This document shows, one piece after another, positions 1 to 7,611 of a stretch of DNA of 64,000 nt. The DNA is from Candidatus Eiseniibacteriota bacterium. GTDB taxonomy: Bacteria; Eisenbacteria; RBG-16-71-46; CAZAMP01. The position numbers and the translations under genes were made by a program. The notes beneath the pieces were generated by a model that worked only from the letters and a program-made list of their open reading frames with translations, did no database searches and was not told the DNA's origin. The stretch's first letter is position 1. Every line of letters starts with the position of its first letter. The stretch covers positions 3,168,001 through 3,232,000 of the forward strand of contig OZ245046.1 in NCBI GenBank assembly GCA_965224245.1, written 5' to 3'.

Positions 1-2107
1 CCACCGCTCGCGCCGCGCTCTCGTCACGACGCGCGCGCCGGTACTTCGCGAGGAAGTGCACCGTGTCGTCCACGATGATCCCGATCGAGAGACCCGCGAC
101 GATCGACACCGCGAACCCGACCTCTCCGATCGTCAGTGCCCAGATACCGAACGCCATCGCCGCCGGCAGCACGTTGGGCACGAGACTGATCAGGCCCAGA
201 CGCACGCTCCGGAGCGCGATCATGAGGATGATCGCGATCGCGCCGAACCCGATCGCGGTTCCCTTCAGCATGGACTGGACGTTTCGATCGGTGATCCTGG
301 CGAACATGAGCGCGGGACCGACGCCTCTCGCCGAGGCCATGCTCGGAGCTCCGTTCTCACGCAGCCACGCCTCGGCGAGCTCGACCTCGTGCTCGATCTC
401 GTCGGTGTCGATCTCGTCGTACGTGACGTCGACGCGCAACGCGCGCTTGTCGACGTTGATCTCGTCGTTCACGTCGAGCCCGTAGGGCAGCGAGAGCTCG
501 TAGAGAAGCAGGTACTGCGCCCCGAGGTCGCGGGTCTCGGGCAACCGGTGGTAGGCCGGGTCGTCACCGTGCATGTTCATGTTCAGGCGCTTCATCGTGT
601 CGGTGAAGCTACGCACGTGGATCACGGCCCCGCGACCGCGCAGCCAGTCGGTGAACGCCTCCACTCGATCCAGAAACGCCGGATCGCTGACCCCCTGCGT
701 CTCGCCCGAATCCAGCGAGAAGCTGGCGACGTACTGGCCGGTCAGATGATCGAACGTGAACTCGGTGGCCTGCCGGAACGGAAGCGAGCGCGCGAAGTAC
801 TCGAAGAACTGATCGTTGATGTTCAACAGCGAGATCGAGCTTCCGAGAACCACCGTCACGAGGCTCGAAACGACGAGGACGTTCCGCCGGTGGCGGACGG
901 TCAGCCTGGCGACCCACTCCGAGAGCCGCGCCGTTAGCGGGAGCCGTCCCCCGGTCACGCGGGGAGCCGGGAGGCTCGCGACCACGGCGGGAAGCAGGGT
1001 CATCGCGTACACCCAGGCCACCACGACGCCCAGGGCGGTGAGGTTGCCGAGCAACCGGAACGGCGGTGCATCCGAGAAGTTCAGGCTCAGGAACCCGATG
1101 ACCGTGGTCAGGCTCGTCAGGAACACGGGCTGAACGTTCACCTGCATGGCCTCGACGAGCGCGTCTTCTCGAGGTCGCCCCCGCCGCAGCGCGTTCAGAT
1201 AGGACACCAGAACGTGAACGGAATCCGCGATCGCCAGGGTCAGGATGATCACCGGCGCCGCCGCCGACGCCGGGTCGAGCAGGAGCCCCATCCGGCCCGC
1301 GATGCCGAGCGCGACCGTCGTCGAGAGCACGATCACGAGCAGCGTCGCCACCGTGCCGGTGCCGGTGCGGAGGAACAGGAACGTGGCCAGAACCAGCATC
1401 CCGAACATCAGCGGCATCGCCAGGGACATGTCGCGCCGCGGCGAGTCGGCGAACGCGTCGTTCATCATCGAGATCCCCGAGACGTGGAGCTCGATCTCCG
1501 GATACGCATCCCGGTAGCGCCGCTCGAGCTCTCGCACGCGCGCCACCGTGTCCCTGAGCTCCTGCTGCGACTTGCCGGGCAGCACGATCCGGACGTTCAC
1601 CCCGGTGGCCGAGCCGTCGGGCGCCACGATGCGTCGAACCAGGAGGGGCTCGGCCAGCGAGACCTCCCGCGCGCGCGCGACGATCGCGGGTGTGATGCCC
1701 CCCCCGGGGACGAGATCCTCGACGACGAGCTCGTCGTCGTTCGCCCACGTGTGCTGGAAGTTCGTGATGGCGTCCACGCGCGTCGCGTACGGAATCCGCC
1801 ATGCGTCGTCGGTCAGCGACCGGACCGCGTCGAGGACGCGGGGCGTGAACACGTCCTCGCCCTCCGGATGCAGGACGAAGAGAACGTTGTCGTTCTTGGT
1901 GTACGTCTTCTCCATCGCCTCGAAGGCCAGGAGATCGGGATTGTCCTCGCTGAAGAAGACGCGGTAGTCGCTGGACAGGCCGAGCCGCGTGATGCCACTC
2001 CCCACGAGCACCGCGAGGAGCACGCTCGCCAGGATCACCCACCTCCGGTGCCGCACGATCCAGCGGGTGTAGCGCTCGATCGGGGCGCGTTCTCTCTCGT
2101 CTGCCAT
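1..2107 (-). CDS. MMPL/RND-superfamily membrane transporter (3' end runs off window)
   Basis: Read manually on the minus strand from ATG at 2107 (MADERERAPIERYTRWIVRHRRWVIL...). Contains TLAIADSVHVL and GIIVDDTVHF, the duplicated RND/MMPL TM4/TM10 motifs. GGAG RBS upstream. Confidence 0.85.
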   Translation of the reverse strand, partial: MADERERAPIERYTRWIVRHRRWVILASVLLAVLVGSGITRLGLSSDYRVFFSEDNPDLLAFEAMEKTYTKNDNVLFVLHPEGEDVFTPRVLDAVRSLTDDAWRIPYATRVDAITNFQHTWANDDELVVEDLVPGGGITPAIVARAREVSLAEPLLVRRIVAPDGSATGVNVRIVLPGKSQQELRDTVARVRELERRYRDAYPEIELHVSGISMMNDAFADSPRRDMSLAMPLMFGMLVLATFLFLRTGTGTVATLLVIVLSTTVALGIAGRMGLLLDPASAAAPVIILTLAIADSVHVLVSYLNALRRGRPREDALVEAMQVNVQPVFLTSLTTVIGFLSLNFSDAPPFRLLGNLTALGVVVAWVYAMTLLPAVVASLPAPRVTGGRLPLTARLSEWVARLTVRHRRNVLVVSSLVTVVLGSSISLLNINDQFFEYFARSLPFRQATEFTFDHLTGQYVASFSLDSGETQGVSDPAFLDRVEAFTDWLRGRGAVIHVRSFTDTMKRLNMNMHGDDPAYHRLPETRDLGAQYLLLYELSLPYGLDVNDEINVDKRALRVDVTYDEIDTDEIEHEVELAEAWLRENGAPSMASARGVGPALMFARITDRNVQSMLKGTAIGFGAIAIILMIALRSVRLGLISLVPNVLPAAMAFGIWALTIGEVGFAVSIVAGLSIGIIVDDTVHFLAKYRRARRDESAARAV

Positions 2108-2130
2108 GACCCTCTCCTCCGTTCCAGGTT

Positions 2131-2212
2131 AGAAACCATTCGGTCAACAACTATTGGCTCGACGCCCCGAGACGGCCTTCGTGGCTAATTCGGAACCAAT
2201 CAGTCAACAATA
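2131..2212. promoter_or_regulatory. Two putative TetR operator sites upstream of the MMPL gene
   Basis: GAAACCATTCGGTCAACAA (2132-2150) and AATTCGGAACCAATCAGTCAACAATA (2187-2212) resemble the site at 2855-2880 upstream of the adjacent TetR gene. Confidence 0.6.
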
Positions 2213-2228
2213 CTGCTGCATGAAACCG

Positions 2229-2810
2229 TCACGCCCGAAGCGCGGACAGCATCAGATCGACGATGGACGAGCTCGTGAACGCCGGAGACGACTTCGAGAC
2301 CGCCACCAGACCCGCGGACGTCGTCATCAGGTAGGTCGCCAGCTCCCCCGCCGTCGCATCCTGCCGGAAGTCGCCCGCCACCTGTCCCTCCTCGAGGGTC
2401 GCCGTCAGCGCCCGCGCGACGCGCATCTGGTGGTGTCGCAGCGTCTCGCGAACCTCCTCGTCGTGCGGTGCGAGCTCGACCAGGGTGTTCACAGCGAGAC
2501 ACCCCTGCTGGACGGCGCCATCGCTTCCCAGTCGCTGCACGAGCTCCAGGTACCGCCGGATCGCCTCCACCGGTGAGGACGCTCCCTCGATCGCCGCCCG
2601 CATCTCCCCGTGCAGCTGATCCAGATAGCGGGTCAGCACGCGGACGAAGAGCGCGTGCTTGCTTCCGAAGGCCTTGTAGATGCTCCCTTTCTGGAGCCCC
2701 GTGGCCTTCATCAGGTCGGCAAGCGACGTGGCTTCGTATCCATGCTCCCAGAACGGCTGCATCGCGGCGTCCAGCGCCTCGTCGATGTCGAACTCTCGCG
2801 GGCGAGCCAT
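2229..2810 (-). CDS. TetR/AcrR family transcriptional regulator
   Basis: MARPREFDIDEAL...FWEHGYEATSLADLMKATGLQKGSIYKAFGSK HTH; GCL motif in the C-terminal domain; AGGAG RBS before ATG 2810. Confidence 0.93.
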   Translation of the reverse strand: MARPREFDIDEALDAAMQPFWEHGYEATSLADLMKATGLQKGSIYKAFGSKHALFVRVLTRYLDQLHGEMRAAIEGASSPVEAIRRYLELVQRLGSDGAVQQGCLAVNTLVELAPHDEEVRETLRHHQMRVARALTATLEEGQVAGDFRQDATAGELATYLMTTSAGLVAVSKSSPAFTSSSIVDLMLSALRA

Positions 2811-2854
2811 CTCGTCTCCTCGCATCCGGCTGACGGGTTGCCGGACGATACGCG

Positions 2855-2880
2855 AATTCGGAACCAAATGGTTCACAATA
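2855..2880. promoter_or_regulatory. Putative autoregulatory TetR operator
   Basis: AATTCGGAACCAAATGGTTCACAATA with palindromic core GAACCA-AA-TGGTTC, near-identical to 2187-2212. Confidence 0.6.
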
Positions 2881-2894
2881 TTGTCGCTCCGGCG

Positions 2895-4049
2895 TCACCG
2901 TGGGCGCTCCGGCGCGACCGGATCGACGCCCAGGGCCAGGCGTCCGCTGAGGACCATCTGGCGCCGCTTCGGCAACGGGTGAAAGTGCATGGCACGAACG
3001 TCACGCGCGATCCGCTCCACGACGTGCCCGCGCATGAAACCCGGACCGCCGACGAGCTCGACCGCCAGGTCGACGGTCGCATTGACGGCGTCGGTCACGA
3101 TCGACTTCCGGGTCAACATCTCGCTGCTGAGCGCCATCGACGGCGTGAATCCGTGATTCCCGTTCGCGCGGATCATGTCGGCCAGGCCCATCCTCGCGAT
3201 GGTGAGTGCATTCGTCATCTCACCCACGACCGTCGCCAGCTCGTGTCCCCGGAACCGTGCGGCCTCGATCGCGCGCTCGGCGGCGACCTCGGCCAGACCG
3301 ACGTAGGTCGAGGCAATCAACGGCAGGGCGGTGGGAATGATCACATCCCAGACCGGGTGCCACACGCCGGCCGGACGGCGCAACAGGATCGCGGCCTCGG
3401 GGACGAAGATCCCGTCGAGGATGACGTCGTGCGAGCCGGTTCCCCGCATGCCGAGCGCGTCCCAGGTGTCGACCCGCTCGACGCCCTCGTGGGTGAAGGG
3501 CAGGGCGACGTGCAGCACCTCCCCGCCGTCCTCGGTCTCGTGATGGACGCTCGTCACGAACAGCTGCGCCCCGGGCGAGCCGCTGACGAACCGCTTGTGC
3601 GCCGTGATGCGGAAGCCGCCGGGCACCCGTTCGGCCGTCCCCGACGACGAGAGCCAGTCGTTGGCTCCGGTGGTCGCGATGACCAGCTGTTCGTCCGCGA
3701 TCCGGCGGAGCGTCCTGGCGGCACCTTCGTCGCCCTGTGCGTGCTTGAAGACGTTGGCGCCCACCGGGTGCGCGTGCATGGCGAACGCGAGGGACGTGGA
3801 TCCGCACCCCCGCGCGAGGGTGCGGATCACGTCGCACGTCTCCTCGAACGTGGCCCCACCGCCTCCCAGCTCCGCGGGAATGCCGGCCCAGAACAGACCC
3901 GCCTCCCGGAGATCCCGGTAGTTCTCGTGGACGAACTCGCCGCTCGCGTCGTGCTCCGGTGCGCGCTCCCCGAATCGTTCGCTCAGATCCCGGGCCACGC
4001 TCACCCAGCGGGTACGATCTTCCGTCTGCTTCAGGCTCGCCGTGCTCAT
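2895..4049 (-). CDS. Acyl-CoA dehydrogenase-fold protein, likely the oxygenase of a two-component flavin-dependent monooxygenase
   Basis: HKRFVSGS and WDALGMRGTGSHDV motifs, ERIARDVR C-terminus; overlaps the stop of the upstream flavin reductase. Confidence 0.85.
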   Translation of the reverse strand: MSTASLKQTEDRTRWVSVARDLSERFGERAPEHDASGEFVHENYRDLREAGLFWAGIPAELGGGGATFEETCDVIRTLARGCGSTSLAFAMHAHPVGANVFKHAQGDEGAARTLRRIADEQLVIATTGANDWLSSSGTAERVPGGFRITAHKRFVSGSPGAQLFVTSVHHETEDGGEVLHVALPFTHEGVERVDTWDALGMRGTGSHDVILDGIFVPEAAILLRRPAGVWHPVWDVIIPTALPLIASTYVGLAEVAAERAIEAARFRGHELATVVGEMTNALTIARMGLADMIRANGNHGFTPSMALSSEMLTRKSIVTDAVNATVDLAVELVGGPGFMRGHVVERIARDVRAMHFHPLPKRRQMVLSGRLALGVDPVAPERPR

Positions 4050-4687
4050 CTCGATTCTCCTTCCGGCCTCGCGGCCGATCTCGTCATGGACTGGACACCC
4101 GAGGTCGCCGGCGCGGCCGCCTTCGGGGTCGGTTTCATGGGGTGGGGTACCCCGTAGGAACGGGCGGTGTAGAGGAGCGGGTCTCCCCCACGGCCGCTCA
4201 CCGCCACCACGCGACCGATGAACACCGTGTGCGACCCGGCCGCGTGGGATTGCTCGAGCACGCAGTCGAAGGCGGCGACGGCATCGCGCAGTCGAGGCGA
4301 GCCGGTCGCGCCGCGCGACCAGTCGCCGGGTGTGAACCCGTACGCGTCGCCGCTGGACGGGTGACCCGCGAACGTGTCCGCCAGCTCACGATGGCGCGCG
4401 GCGAGGAGGTTCACCGAGTAGACGCCGTTCTCGACGATCGCGTCGTGTGCGGGGCTTCGCCGGTTGACGCAGACCAGGATCATCGGAGGATCGGCAGACA
4501 CCGATGCGACCGAGCTCACGGTGATCCCGAACCGTCCGCCGGACCCGTCCGTGGTCAGAATGCCCACCCCGCTCACGGCGCTCGCCATCGCGTCGACGAA
4601 GTCCGCCCTGGCCACGGCCTGCGGGCGACGCTTGGCCCGACGGACGCCGGGCGCGGTAGGAGTGGTCCGAGTGCTCTGGATGAACAA
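4046..4687 (-). CDS. Flavin reductase family protein (HpaC/RutF-like)
   Basis: GITVSSVASVSADPPMILVC, GSHTVFIGRV and PLLY motifs. Confidence 0.9.
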   Translation of the reverse strand: MFIQSTRTTPTAPGVRRAKRRPQAVARADFVDAMASAVSGVGILTTDGSGGRFGITVSSVASVSADPPMILVCVNRRSPAHDAIVENGVYSVNLLAARHRELADTFAGHPSSGDAYGFTPGDWSRGATGSPRLRDAVAAFDCVLEQSHAAGSHTVFIGRVVAVSGRGGDPLLYTARSYGVPHPMKPTPKAAAPATSGVQSMTRSAARPEGESR

Positions 4688-4706
4688 CGTGCTCCTCCTC
4701 GGTTCG

Positions 4707-4734
4707 GAATTGGACCGACTAGTTGGTCCAATTC
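4707..4734. promoter_or_regulatory. Palindromic TetR operator upstream of the flavin reductase
   Basis: GAATTGGACCGACTAGTTGGTCCAATTC, a 28-bp inverted repeat with one mismatch. Confidence 0.75.
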
Positions 4735-4753
4735 ACAGACAAATAGAACGCGA

Positions 4754-5347
4754 TCACGCGGACTGCCCGACCGGCCCGCGAACGTCGCGGCGGAAACGAT
4801 CCAGCGCCCGAACGACGTAGCTCCAATCGTCGTGCGCCTTTGCCAGGATCAATGCGCCCTCCACGACGATGATGAAGTGCTCGGCCAGGTCCTGGCTCGT
4901 GCTGGCGGCGGCGATCCCTTCGCCCGATGCCAGCGGCTCCATGCCCCCGGCCAGGTTTGCGGCGACCCTCTTGAACAGGTGCGACACCGCCCGGTGGATC
5001 CTGGGGTTCGTGTCCCCGAGATCCAGTGCGAAGTTCCCGAGCAGGCAGCCCCTGCCCCACAGCTCCCCGGCGATCCCGGCGATGTGATCCACGAGCACGA
5101 GCGCCCGCTCCACGGGGTCGGCGATCGCGCCCTGCGGCCCCCCGGCGATCAGGCGGTCGTTGCGCATCGCGAAGGCCTCCAGAACGGCCAGGCCGAGATC
5201 CTCCTTCGTCGAGAAGAAGTGATAGAAGCTCCCCTTGCTCACGCCGGCGGCCTCGCAGATCTCGTCCACCCGGGTGGCCGGGTAGCCGCGGGTCAGCATC
5301 AGCTCCTCGGCGGCCTGGATGATCTTGTCTCTCGTCGTGTTGCTCAT
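4754..5347 (-). CDS. TetR/AcrR family regulator (NemR-like)
   Basis: MSNTTRDKIIQAAEELMLTRGYPATRVDEICEAAGVSKGSFYHFFSTKE HTH; RGCLLGN motif. Confidence 0.93.
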   Translation of the reverse strand: MSNTTRDKIIQAAEELMLTRGYPATRVDEICEAAGVSKGSFYHFFSTKEDLGLAVLEAFAMRNDRLIAGGPQGAIADPVERALVLVDHIAGIAGELWGRGCLLGNFALDLGDTNPRIHRAVSHLFKRVAANLAGGMEPLASGEGIAAASTSQDLAEHFIIVVEGALILAKAHDDWSYVVRALDRFRRDVRGPVGQSA

Positions 5348-5358
5348 GGGTCGAACTC

Positions 5359-5380
5359 TAGACCAACTAGTCGGTCCAAT
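5359..5380. promoter_or_regulatory. Autoregulatory TetR operator
   Basis: Core GACCAACTAGTCGGTC (5361-5376) is the exact reverse complement of the core at 4713-4728. Confidence 0.75.
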
Positions 5381-5486
5381 CAAGCCTTTTCTGAAGGAAA
5401 ACCTCGACCCTGATCAACTCATTATTCGATTGGAAGTTAGGTCGACTTGACGGAACGCCGGCCACCGGTCCACACTCCCGAAAGCC

Positions 5487-5873
5487 ATGACACGATACCG
5501 TCCGGACACGAGATCGAGCACCTCTCGACGCGTGGCCCTCATCCTGGGCTTGCTCGCGATCCTCCTCGCCTCCACGCCGATCGAGGGGCTGAGCTCTCTC
5601 GTCCCCGCCACCGACGGGGACACATGTTGCGGTGAGCAGCCGGCGGACGACGCGACCGATCCGTCGAGCGCGGCGGAGCCGCCGTCCGGCGACGACTGCT
5701 GCCCGTCAGGCTGTCACGGTTGTTTTCTGAAGTGCTGCATGGGCCTTCTCAGCCTGCGTCCGGCACCGGTGTTGGCACTCCCCGACGTCACCTCCAGCGC
5801 GGCCGTCCTCGAGGCCTGCCGCGTCCCGGCCTCCGCGCCTCGCGGGGTCATCGAGCGCCCCCCCAAGCGCTAG
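5487..5873 (+). CDS. Small Cys-rich membrane/exported protein (DUF2946-like putative leader peptide)
   Basis: N-terminal hydrophobic segment, CC and CCPSGCHGCFLKCC clusters, C-terminal IERPPKR; lies directly upstream of the metal efflux genes. Confidence 0.65.
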   Translation: MTRYRPDTRSSTSRRVALILGLLAILLASTPIEGLSSLVPATDGDTCCGEQPADDATDPSSAAEPPSGDDCCPSGCHGCFLKCCMGLLSLRPAPVLALPDVTSSAAVLEACRVPASAPRGVIERPPKR

Positions 5874-6032
5874 CTCCGCCCCGCGGAACCGAGAACGAAC
5901 CCCAGATTCCGTTCGTCTCGATCCACGTTCACACTCCGTCCGATGTTGGGGAGGAACCTTCATGCCTGCTCGCTTCCGGTGCCCCGAGCCTGACGGGTCG
6001 AGCGCCCGTGTGAAGACAGGAGATTACCCACG

Positions 6033-7598
6033 ATGAAGACAGACACGTCCCTGATGATCGCTCTGTTGCTGCCGTTCGCCGTCCTCCTGGGCTGCGGCGG
6101 CGGAGAGAGCGGAAGCGACGACGAGAGCGCCGCGACCACCGAGAGCTCGGAGGTCACGGTGACGATGTGCGAGCACGACATGTCCGAGGCTCGCTGCCCG
6201 TTCTGCAATCCCGAGCTGGTCGAGTCGATGGGTGCGTGCGCCGGACACGGCGGCATCCCCGAGGCCTACTGCTACCAGTGCACCCCCGCGCTCATCCCCG
6301 CCTTCAAGGCGGTCGGCGACTGGTGCGCCGGGCACGATCGCCCCGAGTCGCAGTGCTACATCTGCAATCCCGAGCTCGATCCCGCCCGGAAATCCGGTGA
6401 CGCACCCCCTGACCCGGGCGCGACCCTGCTGGAGGGCGTGACCGATCCTCCGGCCTCCAGCGGCGCCTTCGCGTCCCGGACCGAGCGACCGCCGGTCGTG
6501 CACTGCTCGACGCAGGGGCTCCTCGTGCGCCTCGAGAGCACGGACGTCGTCCGGCAGGCGGGCCTCGAGCTCGCGACCGCCGACGTGCGACCGATCAGCA
6601 AGACGATCGAGTGCAACGCGGAGATCGCGTACGACGGCCTGCGCCACGCCCAGCTCGCCTCGCTGGTGCCCGGAATCGTCTCCGAGGTCCTGCACGACCT
6701 CGGCGACCCGGTCGCGGCCGGTGAAGCGCTCCTGACGATCACCTCCCCACACCTGGGCGCCGCCAAGGCGGCGTACCTCCAGGCTGGAGCCAAGGTGCAG
6801 CTCTGGGAGCGCAACCACGCCCGGGAGGCGGATCTCTTCGAACGGGGCGTGTCGACCGAGAAGGACCTCCTGGAGGCGGAGAGTCATCTCGCGGAGAGTC
6901 GGATCGCGCTCTCCGAGACGGAGCAGACACTGCTCGTCCTCGGCCTCACGAGCACGGAGATCGAAGCCGTTCGGCGAAACGAGGACACGACCGGCCGCTA
7001 CGTCGTCACCGCACCCTTCGATGCGATCGTCGTGGATCGGCTCGCGACGATCGGCGAGGTCGTCGACGGATCGAAGACCCTCATGTCGATCGCCGACGTC
7101 TCGAGCATGTGGGCGCTGATCGACGTCTACGAATCCGACCTCCGCGACGTGCGCGTCGGGCAGCCCGTGGTCCTGAGTGTCGAGGGGCTTCCGGGCGAGC
7201 CGGTCGCGGGACGCATCACCTGGGTCAGCTCGCGTGTCGATCCGCGCACGCGAACCCTGCGGGCCCGAGCGGAGCTCGCCAACTCCGCGGGTATCCTCCG
7301 CGCGAACATGTTTGCGCGCGCGAGCATCGCGGTACGGAAGAGCACACCCAGCCTGGTGGTTCCGGCGGCGGCGGTGCAGTGGGAGGGCTGCTGCAACGTC
7401 GTCTTCGTGCGGAGGTCGGAGGCGGTGTTCGAGCCGCGGAAGGTCCACCTCGGCATCTCGACCGGCAGGCTGTACGAGGTGCTGGCCGGCCTCCAAACAG
7501 GCGAGGAGATCGTGACGGAAGGGAGCTTTCTCTTGAAGACCGAGATCCTGAAGGGAAGCATCGGAGCCGGTTGCTGCGAGGTGGACCCCGGAGCCTGA
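6033..7598 (+). CDS. Heavy-metal RND efflux periplasmic adaptor (CzcB/CusB-like lipoprotein) with Cys/His-rich N-terminus
   Basis: Lipobox LLGC; three CxxH...CxxC repeats; MFP core (APFDAIVV, VDPRTRT, LRANMF); AGGAG RBS. Confidence 0.9.
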   Translation: MKTDTSLMIALLLPFAVLLGCGGGESGSDDESAATTESSEVTVTMCEHDMSEARCPFCNPELVESMGACAGHGGIPEAYCYQCTPALIPAFKAVGDWCAGHDRPESQCYICNPELDPARKSGDAPPDPGATLLEGVTDPPASSGAFASRTERPPVVHCSTQGLLVRLESTDVVRQAGLELATADVRPISKTIECNAEIAYDGLRHAQLASLVPGIVSEVLHDLGDPVAAGEALLTITSPHLGAAKAAYLQAGAKVQLWERNHAREADLFERGVSTEKDLLEAESHLAESRIALSETEQTLLVLGLTSTEIEAVRRNEDTTGRYVVTAPFDAIVVDRLATIGEVVDGSKTLMSIADVSSMWALIDVYESDLRDVRVGQPVVLSVEGLPGEPVAGRITWVSSRVDPRTRTLRARAELANSAGILRANMFARASIAVRKSTPSLVVPAAAVQWEGCCNVVFVRRSEAVFEPRKVHLGISTGRLYEVLAGLQTGEEIVTEGSFLLKTEILKGSIGAGCCEVDPGA

Positions 7599-7611
7599 TC
7601 GGAGGAAGCGC

